DNA of 61,581 nucleotides, the filler included. It is 9 parts of 9 records of this genome, joined end to end, with 100 filler letters (N's around TTAATTAATTAA, not from the genome) between each part and the next. Parts side by side here need not be neighbours in the genome. Positions count along the whole stretch, not along the records: positions 1 to 7,390 come from SRR31147125_13923; positions 7,491 to 13,446 come from SRR31147125_13978; 7 more parts are not named here. The stretch is one strand, 5' to 3'. The position numbers and the translations under genes were made by a program. This document shows positions 1 through 11,247 of this stretch, one piece after another. The notes under the pieces were generated by a model. That model saw nothing but the letters and a program-made list of their open reading frames with translations, was not told where the DNA came from and did no database searches. Within the stretch, counting starts at the first letter, position 1. Every line of letters begins with the position of its first letter.

Positions 1-165
1 GGAATACAGGAATGGCTGTCCTTCTACTTCAAGAGTCCTATTGTTGGAGAAGGCCTCTATCCTGAACATGATATCTTTATCCAATTGATGAAGTTGAAAA
101 ATACTCTCAGACACCTCAAAGGTGAAGATCTTATTACGCACCTTGGGCTTGAGTACTACGACTGA
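1..165 (+). CDS. ino1: myo-inositol-1-phosphate synthase, C-terminal fragment (5' truncated)
   Basis: Not in the ORF track. Frame 1 reads GIQEWLSFYFKSPIVGEGLYPEHDIFIQLMKLKNTLRHLKGEDLITHLGLEYYD*, which matches the C-terminus of bacterial inositol-3-phosphate synthases. Confidence 0.8.
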   Translation, partial: GIQEWLSFYFKSPIVGEGLYPEHDIFIQLMKLKNTLRHLKGEDLITHLGLEYYD

Positions 166-239
166 TATTGATATGAATATGGATCGCACCTGGTATCTAA
201 CTAATTAAAACCTTTGAACAGATTGAGAGTAGAAATATA

Positions 240-1610
240 TTGAAAAGGCCTTCGCCTATAAAAGCCATATTAAAGACGTCCTTGCCTGCAGCCATTGATC
301 TTGCATCACAGACGATCATGTGGACAATTGAGGCTATTTTGATAGGAAAACTCAGCGCTTCTGCATTTGCCGGAGTTGGAATGGCACTCCAGATTGTTTT
401 GGTGTTTTTTTCTGTTCTTTTGACATTTGTTGTTGGCGCCAGTTTGATTATTAACAGGCACCTTGGCGCTAAAGATTTTTTTAGGGCTAATCATATTTTA
501 GGCCAGGCTATGATGCTTGGTATTATAATGTCCCTTTTTGTTGGTTTGTTATGGTACTCTGGTGCGATTCATATTTTTAAATTAATTAGAGAGAGTGGCT
601 CTCCTTTGGCCCAGGAAGCGGGTGTTACCTATATCAGAACTTTGGCGATGTTTGCTCCTTTGATCATCACCAACTTTGTGGCTGTTGGTATTATTCGTGC
701 CGTAGGTGATACTCGTTATTCCATGTGTGTCAATATTGTTATTAATAGCATTAACTTAATTCTCGCTCCCTTACTAATATTTGGTTTGTTTGGTGCCCCC
801 AAACTGGAGGTGCGGGGAGCTGCCCTTGCTGCAGGTATATCCCATAGCATTGGATTTTTTATTACCTTTGCACTTTTACGTAGCAGAAAGCTCTCAATTT
901 TTTTGTCTTTTAAGGAATTGTCCACACCAAGATTAAATAGCTTTAAGGAGCTATTTAAAATGGGATTGCCGACTACTGTTGAACAATTGGCCTGGTCCCT
1001 GGGTCAATTAATTGTTACAGGATATGCTGCCCAAATAGGTTTGATCATTTTGTCTACTCATACTGTTTTTGTTCGCATCCAGGCTATCCTCTCCATGGTT
1101 TATATGGCATTTAGTCTAGCTGCGATGAGTAATATGGGAAAGAATTTGGGAGCGGCAGAACATTTATTAGCGGAACGGATGGCCAGGACAGCAAATCGAG
1201 TTATGGGATATATTTCGTTAATAATTGCCGCAGTTATGATTTTGTTTTCAAAATATTTGATATCCATATTTACGACAGATCCAGCCACGGTTGAGCTCGG
1301 AAGAAAAGTGATCTATGTGTTTGCCTTTGCACAGATACCTAAAGCATTAAATAATGTTATTTCCGGTAATTTGCGGGGAGTTGGTGAGTTAAAGTGGCTC
1401 ATGTGGACAACGATCATTTTTGTGGGTATATTTGAAGTTGGAATAAATTATATTTGTGCTTTTGCCCTTGGCTGGGGATTATATGGGATTTGGGCCGTTC
1501 AAAGTACGGATGAAATGATAAGGATAGGATTTAATTACTGGCGATTCTATGGTGGTAAGTGGCGTGTTAGAGGAGTTGAATCAGCGAGGCAAAGTCATGA
1601 AGTACGGTAA
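240..1610 (+). CDS. MATE family efflux transporter
   Basis: 456 aa, about 12 TM segments; MATE motifs IRAVGDTR, LIFGLFGAPKLEVRGAALA, MGLPT, LRGVGE. Confidence 0.9.
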   Translation: MKRPSPIKAILKTSLPAAIDLASQTIMWTIEAILIGKLSASAFAGVGMALQIVLVFFSVLLTFVVGASLIINRHLGAKDFFRANHILGQAMMLGIIMSLFVGLLWYSGAIHIFKLIRESGSPLAQEAGVTYIRTLAMFAPLIITNFVAVGIIRAVGDTRYSMCVNIVINSINLILAPLLIFGLFGAPKLEVRGAALAAGISHSIGFFITFALLRSRKLSIFLSFKELSTPRLNSFKELFKMGLPTTVEQLAWSLGQLIVTGYAAQIGLIILSTHTVFVRIQAILSMVYMAFSLAAMSNMGKNLGAAEHLLAERMARTANRVMGYISLIIAAVMILFSKYLISIFTTDPATVELGRKVIYVFAFAQIPKALNNVISGNLRGVGELKWLMWTTIIFVGIFEVGINYICAFALGWGLYGIWAVQSTDEMIRIGFNYWRFYGGKWRVRGVESARQSHEVR

Positions 1611-2238
1611 ACTTTTAACATTTGAAGGTATAGATAATTGCGGTAAATCTACACAGGCTCAACTATTATACGACCGTTTGGTGGATTTATCAAAGACAGT
1701 CTTGTCGTTACGAGACCCGGGGGCTACATGTATTTCTGAGCAAATCCGTAACATATTACTGGATAATAATCATTCCGAAATGTCTGCATGGACTGAACTT
1801 TTACTTTATGAAGCCGCGCGCGCCCAGATGATCGAAGAGTTGATTAAACCGGCTTTGAATAGTGGAACTTTTGTTATTTGTGATCGTCTTTATGATTCAA
1901 CGACCGCTTATCAGGGATATGCCCGAGGACTTGATTTAGAGTTGGTAAGCCAGGCTAACAGGCTAGGTGCCTGTGGGATTGTTCCGGATCTAACTTTTTT
2001 AATAGATTTGGAACCACAGATAGCCCTACAGCGTACACAACATCGTGAAGAGAAGGCGGATCGGCTTGAATCAGAGGGTATAGAATTTCAGGAAAAGGTT
2101 AAGAGGGGATATTTGGAAATCGCAAACAACGAATCCGAAAGGATCATTATTTTAGATGGAAGTAAACCAGTAAAAGATATTCATCACGAAATATGGGGCC
2201 ATATTTATAATAGATTTTTTAAGCAAGAATGCATTTAA
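1597..2238 (+). CDS. tmk: thymidylate kinase
   Basis: TFEGIDNCGKSTQ P-loop, ELLLYEAARAQ, DRLYDSTTAYQG, PDLTFLID. Start moved from 1549 to the ATG at 1597 (MKYGKLL). Confidence 0.95.
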   Translation: MKYGKLLTFEGIDNCGKSTQAQLLYDRLVDLSKTVLSLRDPGATCISEQIRNILLDNNHSEMSAWTELLLYEAARAQMIEELIKPALNSGTFVICDRLYDSTTAYQGYARGLDLELVSQANRLGACGIVPDLTFLIDLEPQIALQRTQHREEKADRLESEGIEFQEKVKRGYLEIANNESERIIILDGSKPVKDIHHEIWGHIYNRFFKQECI

Positions 2239-2258
2239 ACATAATAAAGGTGAATATT

Positions 2259-4034
2259 ATGGGTATAATCCGAAAATTATCTGCCACACTGGTGTTAACC
2301 TGTGCAGTTATATTTATTACAGTCTCTTTTAACAATGTTTATAGTGAAGAACCACAAGATCCCTATATACAAACACGGAACAATATTTTAAATTTTGGCA
2401 AAATTTATCAGGCCATTTCGGAACGATATGTTGAAGATATTGATCCTGATAAATTTATCCGGGCTGGTATTAATGGCATGCTTGACAGGCTGGATCCATA
2501 TACAGTTTACCTTGAGAAGGAAGGTCGGGACGAACTGAAATTAATGACTCAGGGCAAGTATTATGGCGTTGGAATGAGGATTGTTGTCCGTAATGGATGG
2601 GCAACTGTGGCTGAACAGCCCTTTTCCAATAGTCCCGCATCTCGTGTGGGTATACGCGAGGGAGATCAGATTATTGAAATAGATGGAAAGAGCACAAAAG
2701 GATTTTCTCTTGGTGAAACAGCCAATAATTTGCGCGGTACTAAAAAAGGAAGCGAAGTAAAAATTAAAATTCGACGAATTGGCGAAGATGAGCCCTTGAG
2801 TTTTACACTTATTCGTGATGAGATTCTCATCTCAGATATTGAATATGCGGGATTTGTCGAGTCTGGCATTGGGTTAATCAAATTAAGCCGATTTAATAAA
2901 GGCGCCGGAGATCAGGTTCGGGATTCTCTTGAAAGGTTAATGGATCAGGGGCTTGATGGGATCATTTTGGATCTTCGCGGTAACCCAGGAGGATTACTTG
3001 ACGCTGCAGTTTCAGTCGCTGAAAATTTTATTTCAAAGGGCGAACTAATTGTTTACACAGAAGGCCGTCAGGAAAGGTCAAAACAAGAATTTTATTCATC
3101 AGCCGAACCAATAACTGGAAGTACTCCTTTGGTTGTCCTGGTGGACGGTTATAGTGCAAGTGCTTCGGAAATTGTTTCCGGGGCAATTCAGGATTTGGAT
3201 AGAGGTGTTATCATAGGTAAAGAAACTTTTGGCAAAGGATTGGTCCAAACGGTTGTTCCACTCGATCGACGAGGAGAGACACAAGTAAAAATCACCACAG
3301 CCAAATATTATATGCCAAGCGGTCGCCTTATTCAAAGACCTGAAGTATTTGATCGTGGCCCCTCCACAGTGCTCAAAGTATCCTCTGATGAAGAAGTGAC
3401 AACAGAATCTGAGGATGAAAAGAATGAAAAATCAGAATCTGAAAGCAAGGAGAATAATGGACCCGCATACACCACGCGCAGTGGTCGCCTGGTTTACGGT
3501 GGTGGAGGGATCAAACCGGATATAACTGTTGAAAATATAAAACTAAACAAATATGAATGGGAATTGATACGGAGTTCTATGTTTTTTAATTTCAGTTTAT
3601 CCTATATTGCCGAGCACCCTGACATTGCACGAGATTTTCAAATCAGTGAGGAAATGCTAAATGAATTTTTTGCCTTTGCGCAGGAAAAAGAATTTGATTA
3701 CAAGCCTGATGGGTATGCTGAAGTTGAAAATCTGGAAAAGATTGCCAAAGAAAATGAGTATTATGATCAAATAGAAACACAATTAGCCGCTATTAAAACA
3801 CAGTTTGAACAAGTGAAAAAGAGTGAAGAAAAAAAATCCGTTGATCATATTAAGCTTTTTTTGAAACGGGAAATATTAGGCAAAGTTTATGGACGGGATG
3901 CCTACACCGAAGCAATGTTTAGCAATGATTCTACTTTAATGAAAGCTGTGGATGTATTAAAGAACCAAAAAGAATACAAAAGTCTTTTGACTGTGAAACT
4001 TGCAAATGCTACGGATGATAAAAAGACGAATTAA
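2259..4034 (+). CDS. ctpA: S41A C-terminal processing peptidase with PDZ domain
   Basis: LDPYT, PDZ region, LDLRGNPGG, SASASEI (catalytic Ser), TFGKGLVQ, GIKPD. Signal-peptide-like N-terminus. ATG 2259 follows AAGGTG. Confidence 0.9.
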   Translation: MGIIRKLSATLVLTCAVIFITVSFNNVYSEEPQDPYIQTRNNILNFGKIYQAISERYVEDIDPDKFIRAGINGMLDRLDPYTVYLEKEGRDELKLMTQGKYYGVGMRIVVRNGWATVAEQPFSNSPASRVGIREGDQIIEIDGKSTKGFSLGETANNLRGTKKGSEVKIKIRRIGEDEPLSFTLIRDEILISDIEYAGFVESGIGLIKLSRFNKGAGDQVRDSLERLMDQGLDGIILDLRGNPGGLLDAAVSVAENFISKGELIVYTEGRQERSKQEFYSSAEPITGSTPLVVLVDGYSASASEIVSGAIQDLDRGVIIGKETFGKGLVQTVVPLDRRGETQVKITTAKYYMPSGRLIQRPEVFDRGPSTVLKVSSDEEVTTESEDEKNEKSESESKENNGPAYTTRSGRLVYGGGGIKPDITVENIKLNKYEWELIRSSMFFNFSLSYIAEHPDIARDFQISEEMLNEFFAFAQEKEFDYKPDGYAEVENLEKIAKENEYYDQIETQLAAIKTQFEQVKKSEEKKSVDHIKLFLKREILGKVYGRDAYTEAMFSNDSTLMKAVDVLKNQKEYKSLLTVKLANATDDKKTN

Positions 4035-4178
4035 GTAATTTTTATACCCATATTGTGATTTAAGACTGTTTAATTGTTGAATAAAAGAATAAAATAAATT
4101 ATATTTATAGAATTTTGAAATCAAATAGATTTTAAAATACTATTATATATAATAAAGACAGCATATTTATAGGAGGAC

Positions 4179-6905
4179 TTGATGTCTAAAAAGTACGTTT
4201 ATAGTTTTGGTGGAGGCAAGGCTGAGGGCCGCGCTGACATGAAAAACTTGTTAGGTGGTAAAGGGGCTAACCTTGCTGAAATGAATTTAATTGGCGTTCC
4301 GGTACCAGCTGGTTTTACTCTTTCTACTGAAGTATGTGCAATTTATAATGAAAAAGGAAAAGTTGAAACCCAAAAAATGTTAAATGATCAGGTTGCTGAA
4401 GGTGTTAAAAGCATCGAAGAAATGATGCAGGCTAACTTTGGCGATCGGGAAAATCCTCTGCTGGTTTCTGTTCGTTCTGGTGCCCGTGTATCTATGCCCG
4501 GTATGATGGACACTGTTTTGAATCTTGGATTAAATGATGACGCTGTAGCTGGATTGGCTAAAAAGTCTGGTAATGAACGTTTTGCATGGGATTCCTATCG
4601 TCGTTTCGTTCAGATGTATGGCGATGTCGTTCTTGGTTTAAAGCCCGAAAGCAAAGAAGATATTGATCCGTTTGAAGAAATTATTGAAGATGTTAAAGCC
4701 AAAAAAGGCGTTGAAAATGATACAGATCTGGATGCGAATGATCTGAAAGATCTAGTTAAACGTTTTAAGGATGCTGTTAAAAAAGTAACAGGTAATGATT
4801 TTCCAGATGATCCATGGGAACAACTTTATGGTGCCGTTGGTGCTGTTTTCGAAAGTTGGGAAAATGAACGTGCTATTGTCTACAGAAGACTCAATGGGAT
4901 TCCAGCTGAATGGGGTACAGCAGTAAACGTTCAGGCTATGGTTTATGGTAACATGGGTGAAAATTCTGCTACTGGTGTTGCGTTTACTCGTGATGCAGGT
5001 ACTGGAGAAGATATATTTAACGGTGAATATCTTATCAACGCACAGGGCGAAGATGTTGTTGCTGGTGTTCGTACTCCGCAGCAAATTACATTGGAAGGAT
5101 CTCAGCGTTGGGCAAAATTAGCAAATATCTCTGAGGAAGAGCGTAAAGCAAATTATCCCTCTCTTGAAGAGGCAATGCCAACGGTTTATAAACAGTTGAT
5201 TGAAACAGAAACCAAGCTGGAAAATCATTACAATGATATGCAGGATCTCGAGTTCACCATTCAGGATGGACGTCTTTGGTTACTGCAAACACGTAATGGT
5301 AAAAGAACCGGTGCCGCAATGGTCAAGATCGCCATTGACATGCTGAAAGAAGGCCGTATCGATGAAAAAACAGCTATCAATCGCGTTGAACCCAACAAGT
5401 TGGATGAATTATTACACCCGGATTTTGACGGTGACGCGATAAAAGGCGCCAAAGTATTGGCAAAAGGTTTGCCTGCCTCACCAGGTGCTGCTACTGGTCG
5501 GATTGTCTTTTTTGCTGACGAAGCTGAAGAATGGGCGAGTAAAAATGAAGAGGTTATCCTTGTACGTATTGAAACCTCTCCCGAAGATCTTTCCGGAATG
5601 GATGCGGCAAATGGTATTTTAACAGCACGTGGTGGCATGACTTCTCACGCAGCTGTAGTAGCCCGTGGTATGGGTAAATGTTGTGTCTCCGGCGCCGGAA
5701 GTATAAAAATTGATTATAAAACCCGTGTCATGACAGTTGATGGTAACACTTATAAAGAAGGTGATTGGATCTCGTTAAACGGCTCAACTGGTGAAGTTTA
5801 CGATGGCAAGATTTTAACCAAAGATCCTGAGGTCAGTGGTGATTTTAGTGCTTTGATGGAACTTTGTGCAAAAAATACAAAAATGCTTGTACGCACTAAT
5901 GCAGATTCACCGCATGATGCTAAAGTTGCACGGGAATTTGGTGCCTCAGGAATTGGTTTGTGCCGTACAGAACATATGTTCTTTGAGGGAGTGCGAATTA
6001 AAGCTGTCCGTGAAATGATTTTAGCCGATGATGTTGACGGCCGTCGTGCTGCTCTGAAAAAATTATTGCCAATGCAGCGTGGTGATTTTGAGGGTATTTT
6101 TGAAGCTATGGACGGATTACCTGTCACGGTTCGACTGCTTGACCCACCACTGCATGAATTTGTTCCTCATGAGGAAAAAAATCAGCAGGAAATGGCTGAT
6201 GAAATGGGTATTTCCGTTGAAGAAGTAAAACAAAAGGTAGATGATCTGGCAGAATTCAATCCCATGCTCGGACATCGTGGATGTCGTTTGGGTAATACGT
6301 ATCCTGAAATTACAGAGATGCAGGCCAGAGCCATTATTGAGGCAGCATTAAATATGAAGGCCAAAGGTATCGACGCCAAACCTGAAATTATGGTTCCACT
6401 GATCGGTACGAAAGAAGAATTCAAATTGCAGGAAGAGATTATCCGCTCTACTGCTGAAAAAATATTTGCTGAACGCGGCGAAAAAGTGGATTATATGGTC
6501 GGAACGATGATCGAAATCCCACGAGCTGCTTTAACAGCAGATGAGGTTGCAGAATCAGCTGAATTCTTCTCATTTGGAACCAATGATTTGACCCAGATGA
6601 CATTTGGTTATTCACGTGACGATGCCGGTAAATTCCTGCCTGTCTATCTCGAAAAGAATATCCTTAAAGTAGATCCATTCCAGGCCTTAGATCAAACTGG
6701 TGTTGGTCAGCTTGTCGAAATGGGAACGAAAAAAGGTCGTAGCACTCGCCCGGATCTCAAAGTTGGTATCTGTGGTGAACATGGTGGAGAGCCTAGTTCT
6801 GTAAAATTCTGCCACAAAGTTGGTATGAATTATGTCAGTTGTTCTCCATTTAGAGTACCAATTGCGCGTTTGGCAGCTGCTCAAGCCGCGTTGAATGAAG
6901 AATAA
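4179..6905 (+). CDS. ppdK: pyruvate, phosphate dikinase
   Basis: LLGGKGANLAEM, SVRSGARVSMPGMMDT, GGMTSHAAVVAR (phospho-His), GLCRTEHMFF, FSFGTNDLTQ, GICGEHGG; AGGAGG RBS. Confidence 0.98.
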   Translation: MMSKKYVYSFGGGKAEGRADMKNLLGGKGANLAEMNLIGVPVPAGFTLSTEVCAIYNEKGKVETQKMLNDQVAEGVKSIEEMMQANFGDRENPLLVSVRSGARVSMPGMMDTVLNLGLNDDAVAGLAKKSGNERFAWDSYRRFVQMYGDVVLGLKPESKEDIDPFEEIIEDVKAKKGVENDTDLDANDLKDLVKRFKDAVKKVTGNDFPDDPWEQLYGAVGAVFESWENERAIVYRRLNGIPAEWGTAVNVQAMVYGNMGENSATGVAFTRDAGTGEDIFNGEYLINAQGEDVVAGVRTPQQITLEGSQRWAKLANISEEERKANYPSLEEAMPTVYKQLIETETKLENHYNDMQDLEFTIQDGRLWLLQTRNGKRTGAAMVKIAIDMLKEGRIDEKTAINRVEPNKLDELLHPDFDGDAIKGAKVLAKGLPASPGAATGRIVFFADEAEEWASKNEEVILVRIETSPEDLSGMDAANGILTARGGMTSHAAVVARGMGKCCVSGAGSIKIDYKTRVMTVDGNTYKEGDWISLNGSTGEVYDGKILTKDPEVSGDFSALMELCAKNTKMLVRTNADSPHDAKVAREFGASGIGLCRTEHMFFEGVRIKAVREMILADDVDGRRAALKKLLPMQRGDFEGIFEAMDGLPVTVRLLDPPLHEFVPHEEKNQQEMADEMGISVEEVKQKVDDLAEFNPMLGHRGCRLGNTYPEITEMQARAIIEAALNMKAKGIDAKPEIMVPLIGTKEEFKLQEEIIRSTAEKIFAERGEKVDYMVGTMIEIPRAALTADEVAESAEFFSFGTNDLTQMTFGYSRDDAGKFLPVYLEKNILKVDPFQALDQTGVGQLVEMGTKKGRSTRPDLKVGICGEHGGEPSSVKFCHKVGMNYVSCSPFRVPIARLAAAQAALNEE

Positions 6906-6931
6906 TGTAATATTTATAAAAACGTGAAATG

Positions 6932-6961
6932 TGGCGCTCCATTTACAGAGCGCCATTTTTT
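6932..6961 (+). terminator. Rho-independent terminator after ppdK
   Basis: TGGCGCTC-N8-GAGCGCCA followed by T6. Confidence 0.8.
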
Positions 6962-7030
6962 ATGTCCTGTTCTTTGCTATTTTAAAATATCAATCCTTCT
7001 CACATTTATTTCATTTGATGGAGGTCATTT

Positions 7031-7390
7031 ATGGATTTCTTAAAACTGCTGGGAATTCAAGATAAGAATTATGGCTCTTCGACTGGTAGATCCTGGAATA
7101 AAACGATGGATCATGGTGAATTAGATGTTTTTTCTCCTATTGATGGTCAAAGAATTGCGTCGGTTTACCTGGCTTCAAAATCGGATTTGGATAATGTGCT
7201 AAATAAAGCTAAAGATGCTTTTCATGACTGGAAGATGATGCCTGCGCCGAGACGAGGTGAAATCGTTCGCCAAATCGGATTAAAGTTACGTGAGCACAAA
7301 GATCCCCTTGGAAAGCTGGTTACCTGTGAGATGGGCAAGTCAATTCAGGAAGGATGGGGTGAAGTTCAGGAGATGATTGATATTTGCGAT
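7031..7390 (+). CDS. aldehyde dehydrogenase family 7 (antiquitin-like), 3' truncated at contig end
   Basis: PAPRRGEIVRQIG, LGKLVTCEMGK, GEVQEMIDICD; GGAGG RBS. Confidence 0.88.
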
Positions 7391-7490
7391 NNNNNNNNNN
7401 NNNNNNNNNNNNNNNNNNNNNNNNNNNNNNNNNNTTAATTAATTAANNNNNNNNNNNNNNNNNNNNNNNNNNNNNNNNNNNNNNNNNNNN
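7391..7490. other. artificial contig linker
   Basis: N44-TTAATTAATTAA-N44 (stops in all six frames); composition changes across it. Confidence 0.99.
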
Positions 7491-8469
7491 GTTGCTCCCG
7501 TTCCGGAGTTAAAAAGCCGAAACCTGGTGGGAGCGAACCTTCTGAGAAACCCAACAGGACGGTAGTGATCCAGGCTTCAGGAATCTGTTCGTGCGGAGCC
7601 GCTTCAGAACCCGAGTAATAGGTCCTGAGAAGCTGCAGCGCCGGGTTTACCGGCAGCGCAATGACCAGGTTGGAGGCCTGGTAGGATTCCCGATCACTGT
7701 CGACCTGCCAGCCTGCATTGATGCGTTTGATCTTGATGGCACTGGTATTGAGGAGGATATTTTCGGGTCCGACCATCTCGGCAAGCCGGTCAGGAAGCCT
7801 TTGCATGCCGCCGGGAAAGCTGGTCATCGACGGCATCTGCAGTTTTTCACCTTTATTCCGGTTTTTCCGCGCGTGAAGCGCTTTGGCCACTACCCCCCTG
7901 ATGATTGATCCGTGGGTGCGTTCGAGTTCCCTGACCCCGGGCATTACCGCATCGATCTTGAGTTCGTTGTAGTCACCGGCATAGGTACCGGTAAAAACCG
8001 CGTCGATATAAGGGAGTATGGCCTTGCCGAAACGGTAATCGGCCCATTTGGCTACCGTCGGTTCTCCGTCCATTGGCTTTTTGAAGAGGTCGCCGAGAAC
8101 CCGGAATTTGTCGGGCCACGGGATGAGCGGTGCCCGGATGATTTTCAGCGGCGACTGGGGAATCATCATCAGTTTCCCATCCATGCACACATAGCGCACG
8201 AACGTCTTCAAAGAGGCTCGGACGCACTCCTTTTCGAGGCCGGTCTCTTCGAGCAATTCTCTGCTCTGGGCACAGTTGTCGAGAAATCCATGGGGACCGT
8301 ATTCGGCCAGAAATCCGTTGTCATCAAAGGATTGTATCACGCCGCCGGTCGAGTCGTCCTGTTCGAAAACCAGCAGCCGGTGATCCGGGCAGCACTGCCT
8401 GATTTTGTGGGCGATGACCAGGCCGCTGAGCCCTCCGCCGACTATAATAGTGTCTGTATTGTGAGTCAT
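7491..8469 (-). CDS. hemG: protoporphyrinogen/coproporphyrinogen III oxidase (HemY/HemG), 3' truncated
   Basis: IIVGGGLSGL FAD motif, AEYGPHGFL, GTYAGD, SFPGGMQRL, GFGFL. Confidence 0.88.
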
Positions 8470-9209
8470 CTCGTCAGTGAATTATGTAGGGTAACGGTAA
8501 GGGTCCCGTCGTTTAGTTCGATTTCCAGCCAGCCGTCGTTTTCCAGCATTCCCGGGTTGTAGACCGGGGTTGAGCCGACATGGTCGCTCCCGGCCGCTTC
8601 GTGGATGTGTCCGCAGATGCAGAGATCGGGTGTTTCCCGCTCGATCGCGGCTCTTATTGCAGGTGAACCGACGTGGGAACCGTCGGCCAGCCGATCAAGA
8701 TCGCAATTGTGCGGGGGGGCATGGCTGACCAGAATAAGCGGTATTTCGTTTTTTTCAAGCGGATGCTGCAGGTTTGCCCGTGCGGACGGCGCCTGGTCGC
8801 GCTGCGCCTTCTTTTTGCTCAGCAGTGAGCGGGCCCGGGCAAAACCCCGGGTAGCGATGGCTTCGAGCTCTTCTTCTGAGAATTCGGAAGGAGTGGAAAA
8901 AGGTGTCAGATTGGAACCGCCAATGCCGACCACGCAGAATTGGTCGTCGATGATCTGTGCCCGGCCGTGGAGGTTTATACCGATCTCATCGAGGTAGTCA
9001 TTGACCTCGGGGCGGTCGAGATTGCCGAACTGGGCGAGAACGGCGGGGACTGCCCGGCGGGCATGTTCGATTACCCGCCGGGCCTGCTCTCTCCCGCCGA
9101 ACTGGGTAAGGTCTCCGTTAAGCAGGAGGAGATCGGCCTTTGCTGCGGCCTCGATTTCAGCAAAGCAGTGGCTGGCCATATGGATATCGCCTACGGCTAT
9201 AATGCGCAT
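8466..9209 (-). CDS. calcineurin-like metallophosphoesterase
   Basis: GDIH, NGDLT, GNLD, SHAPP, CGHIHE motifs. Start at 9209 inferred from GAGGT upstream; the ORF is open to 9308. Confidence 0.88.
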   Translation of the reverse strand: MRIIAVGDIHMASHCFAEIEAAAKADLLLLNGDLTQFGGREQARRVIEHARRAVPAVLAQFGNLDRPEVNDYLDEIGINLHGRAQIIDDQFCVVGIGGSNLTPFSTPSEFSEEELEAIATRGFARARSLLSKKKAQRDQAPSARANLQHPLEKNEIPLILVSHAPPHNCDLDRLADGSHVGSPAIRAAIERETPDLCICGHIHEAAGSDHVGSTPVYNPGMLENDGWLEIELNDGTLTVTLHNSLTR

Positions 9210-9372
9210 CCGGGACCTCATGCCTTGCAGGTGAGATCCTTTACTGGCAAGGGTTGACTCCATTTTATCCATGGTTAACATTTTCGCCGACTCAAAGAAA
9301 AATAGCAAGTGGCGAGCCGCTGTGCCCCCACAATCTCACTGTACCATCTAAAACGATTGACAAGAGGTAATC

Positions 9373-11247
9373 ATGACTAATGCAACCACTCACGAATTTC
9401 AGGCAGAAACGAAGAAACTGCTCGATATCGTCATCAACTCCCTCTACACCGAGCGCGACGTCTTTATCAGGGAATTGATCTCAAACGCCGCAGATGCCCT
9501 GGAAAAGTACCGGCACGAAAGTCTGACCCGAAGCGAGGATGATCTGTTCGATGCGCATGTACCGCTGGAGATCAACATCGATCTTGATGAAGACAAGAAC
9601 GAGCTTACCATCACCGATACCGGCATTGGCATGACCCAGGAGCAACTGGTGTCTGATCTCGGGACCATCGCCCACTCGGGGTCGAATACCTTTCTCGTCG
9701 AACTTGCGGAGGCGGCCCGCAAGGATGTCAGCCTGATCGGTCAGTTCGGCGTCGGGTTTTATTCGGCGTTCATGGCCGGGGCAAAGGTCAGGGTCCAGAG
9801 CCGTTCCTGGGACGGCTCGGAAGGCAGCGAGTGGGTATCGGACGGGACCGGATCGTTTGAAATCAGTGAATGTGCCGGGCTGCACCGGGGCACCAGGATC
9901 ACGGTATCGCTCAAGGAGGGGTGCGAGGATTACGCGAAGAAATGGAAGGTTGAGTCGATCATCAAGCAGTACTCCTCATTTGTCCCGTTCCCGATCAAGC
10001 TCGAGGGCGATACGGTGAATACCGTCCAGGCCCTGTGGGCGCGGAGCCGGAATGAGATCGAGGAAGATGAGTATCTCGAATTCTACAAGTTTATCGCCAA
10101 CGCCTCCGACGAGCCGAACCTCAGACTCCACTTTTCCACCGATGCGCCCCTGGCGATCAATGCGCTGCTGTTCGTGCCGAAGGAAAATATGGAGATCATG
10201 GGATTCGGCCGGGTTAGCCCGGGGGTCAACCTCTACTGTCAGCGGATCCTTATCGATCAGCATTCCGATACGATCCTCCCGGAATGGCTGCGGTTTCTCA
10301 AGGGGGTGGTGGACAGCGAAGATCTGCCGCTCAATATCTCGCGTCAGGCGTTGCAGGACAATGCGCTGGTCGCGAAGATCAGGCGGGTGATCACGAAGCG
10401 CTTTCTCAAGTTCCTCCACGAGGAGGCAGGGAAAAACGAAGAGCAGTATCTGGATTTCTGGAAGAATTTCGGCATCTATCTCAAGGAAGGAGTCGCCTCC
10501 GATTTTGAATACCGGACCGAGTTGGGCAAACTGATGCGTTTTGAATCGTCTAAGTCCGAAGATGGCGTGCCCGTCAGCCTCACCGAGTATGTGGGCCGGA
10601 TGGCACCCGATCAGGAAGAGATCTACTATATCAACGGCCCGAGCCGGACGGCGATCGAGGCCGGACCGTATGTTGAGATGTTCAGGAAAAAAGATATCGA
10701 GATCATCTATACCACCGAGCCGATCGATGACTTCGTGCTGAGCCACCTGGGTGAGTTCGATACCAAGAAATTCGTGTCGGCGGACCGGGCCGATCTCTCT
10801 CTGGACGGTGGAGCGGAAAAAAGCGTGGACGATGACACGGGGACCGATCAGAAACTTCCGGATGAAGAGAGCGCGGAGCTGGTTTCCTGGCTCAAGAACG
10901 CGCTGCAGGAAAAGGTTGCCGACGTATCCAAGTCGTCTCGCCTTGTAGATTCGCCGGCGATGATCGTCAATCCCGACGGGTATATGACCTCATCCATGGA
11001 ACGTGTCATGGCGGCAGGACGCATGGAAAAGGGACTGATGGGTGAGATTTCGAAGAAAAATCTCGAGATCAACACCGACAACGAGTTGATCTGCAGACTC
11101 GCCGAGTTGATCAAATCGGACGAGGGGTTTGCCAGAGAGGTCGCGTTCCAGATCTACGATAACGCAATGATTCAGGCGGGACTGACCGTCGATCCGCTGG
11201 AGATGGTTGAGCGCAACTACCGGATCCTCAACAAGGCTGTCAATTAA
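9373..11247 (+). CDS. htpG: chaperone HtpG (Hsp90)
   Basis: FQAETKKLL, RELISNAADAL, DTGIGMT, IGQFGVGFYSAF, DSEDLPLNISR. Confidence 0.98.
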   Translation: MTNATTHEFQAETKKLLDIVINSLYTERDVFIRELISNAADALEKYRHESLTRSEDDLFDAHVPLEINIDLDEDKNELTITDTGIGMTQEQLVSDLGTIAHSGSNTFLVELAEAARKDVSLIGQFGVGFYSAFMAGAKVRVQSRSWDGSEGSEWVSDGTGSFEISECAGLHRGTRITVSLKEGCEDYAKKWKVESIIKQYSSFVPFPIKLEGDTVNTVQALWARSRNEIEEDEYLEFYKFIANASDEPNLRLHFSTDAPLAINALLFVPKENMEIMGFGRVSPGVNLYCQRILIDQHSDTILPEWLRFLKGVVDSEDLPLNISRQALQDNALVAKIRRVITKRFLKFLHEEAGKNEEQYLDFWKNFGIYLKEGVASDFEYRTELGKLMRFESSKSEDGVPVSLTEYVGRMAPDQEEIYYINGPSRTAIEAGPYVEMFRKKDIEIIYTTEPIDDFVLSHLGEFDTKKFVSADRADLSLDGGAEKSVDDDTGTDQKLPDEESAELVSWLKNALQEKVADVSKSSRLVDSPAMIVNPDGYMTSSMERVMAAGRMEKGLMGEISKKNLEINTDNELICRLAELIKSDEGFAREVAFQIYDNAMIQAGLTVDPLEMVERNYRILNKAVN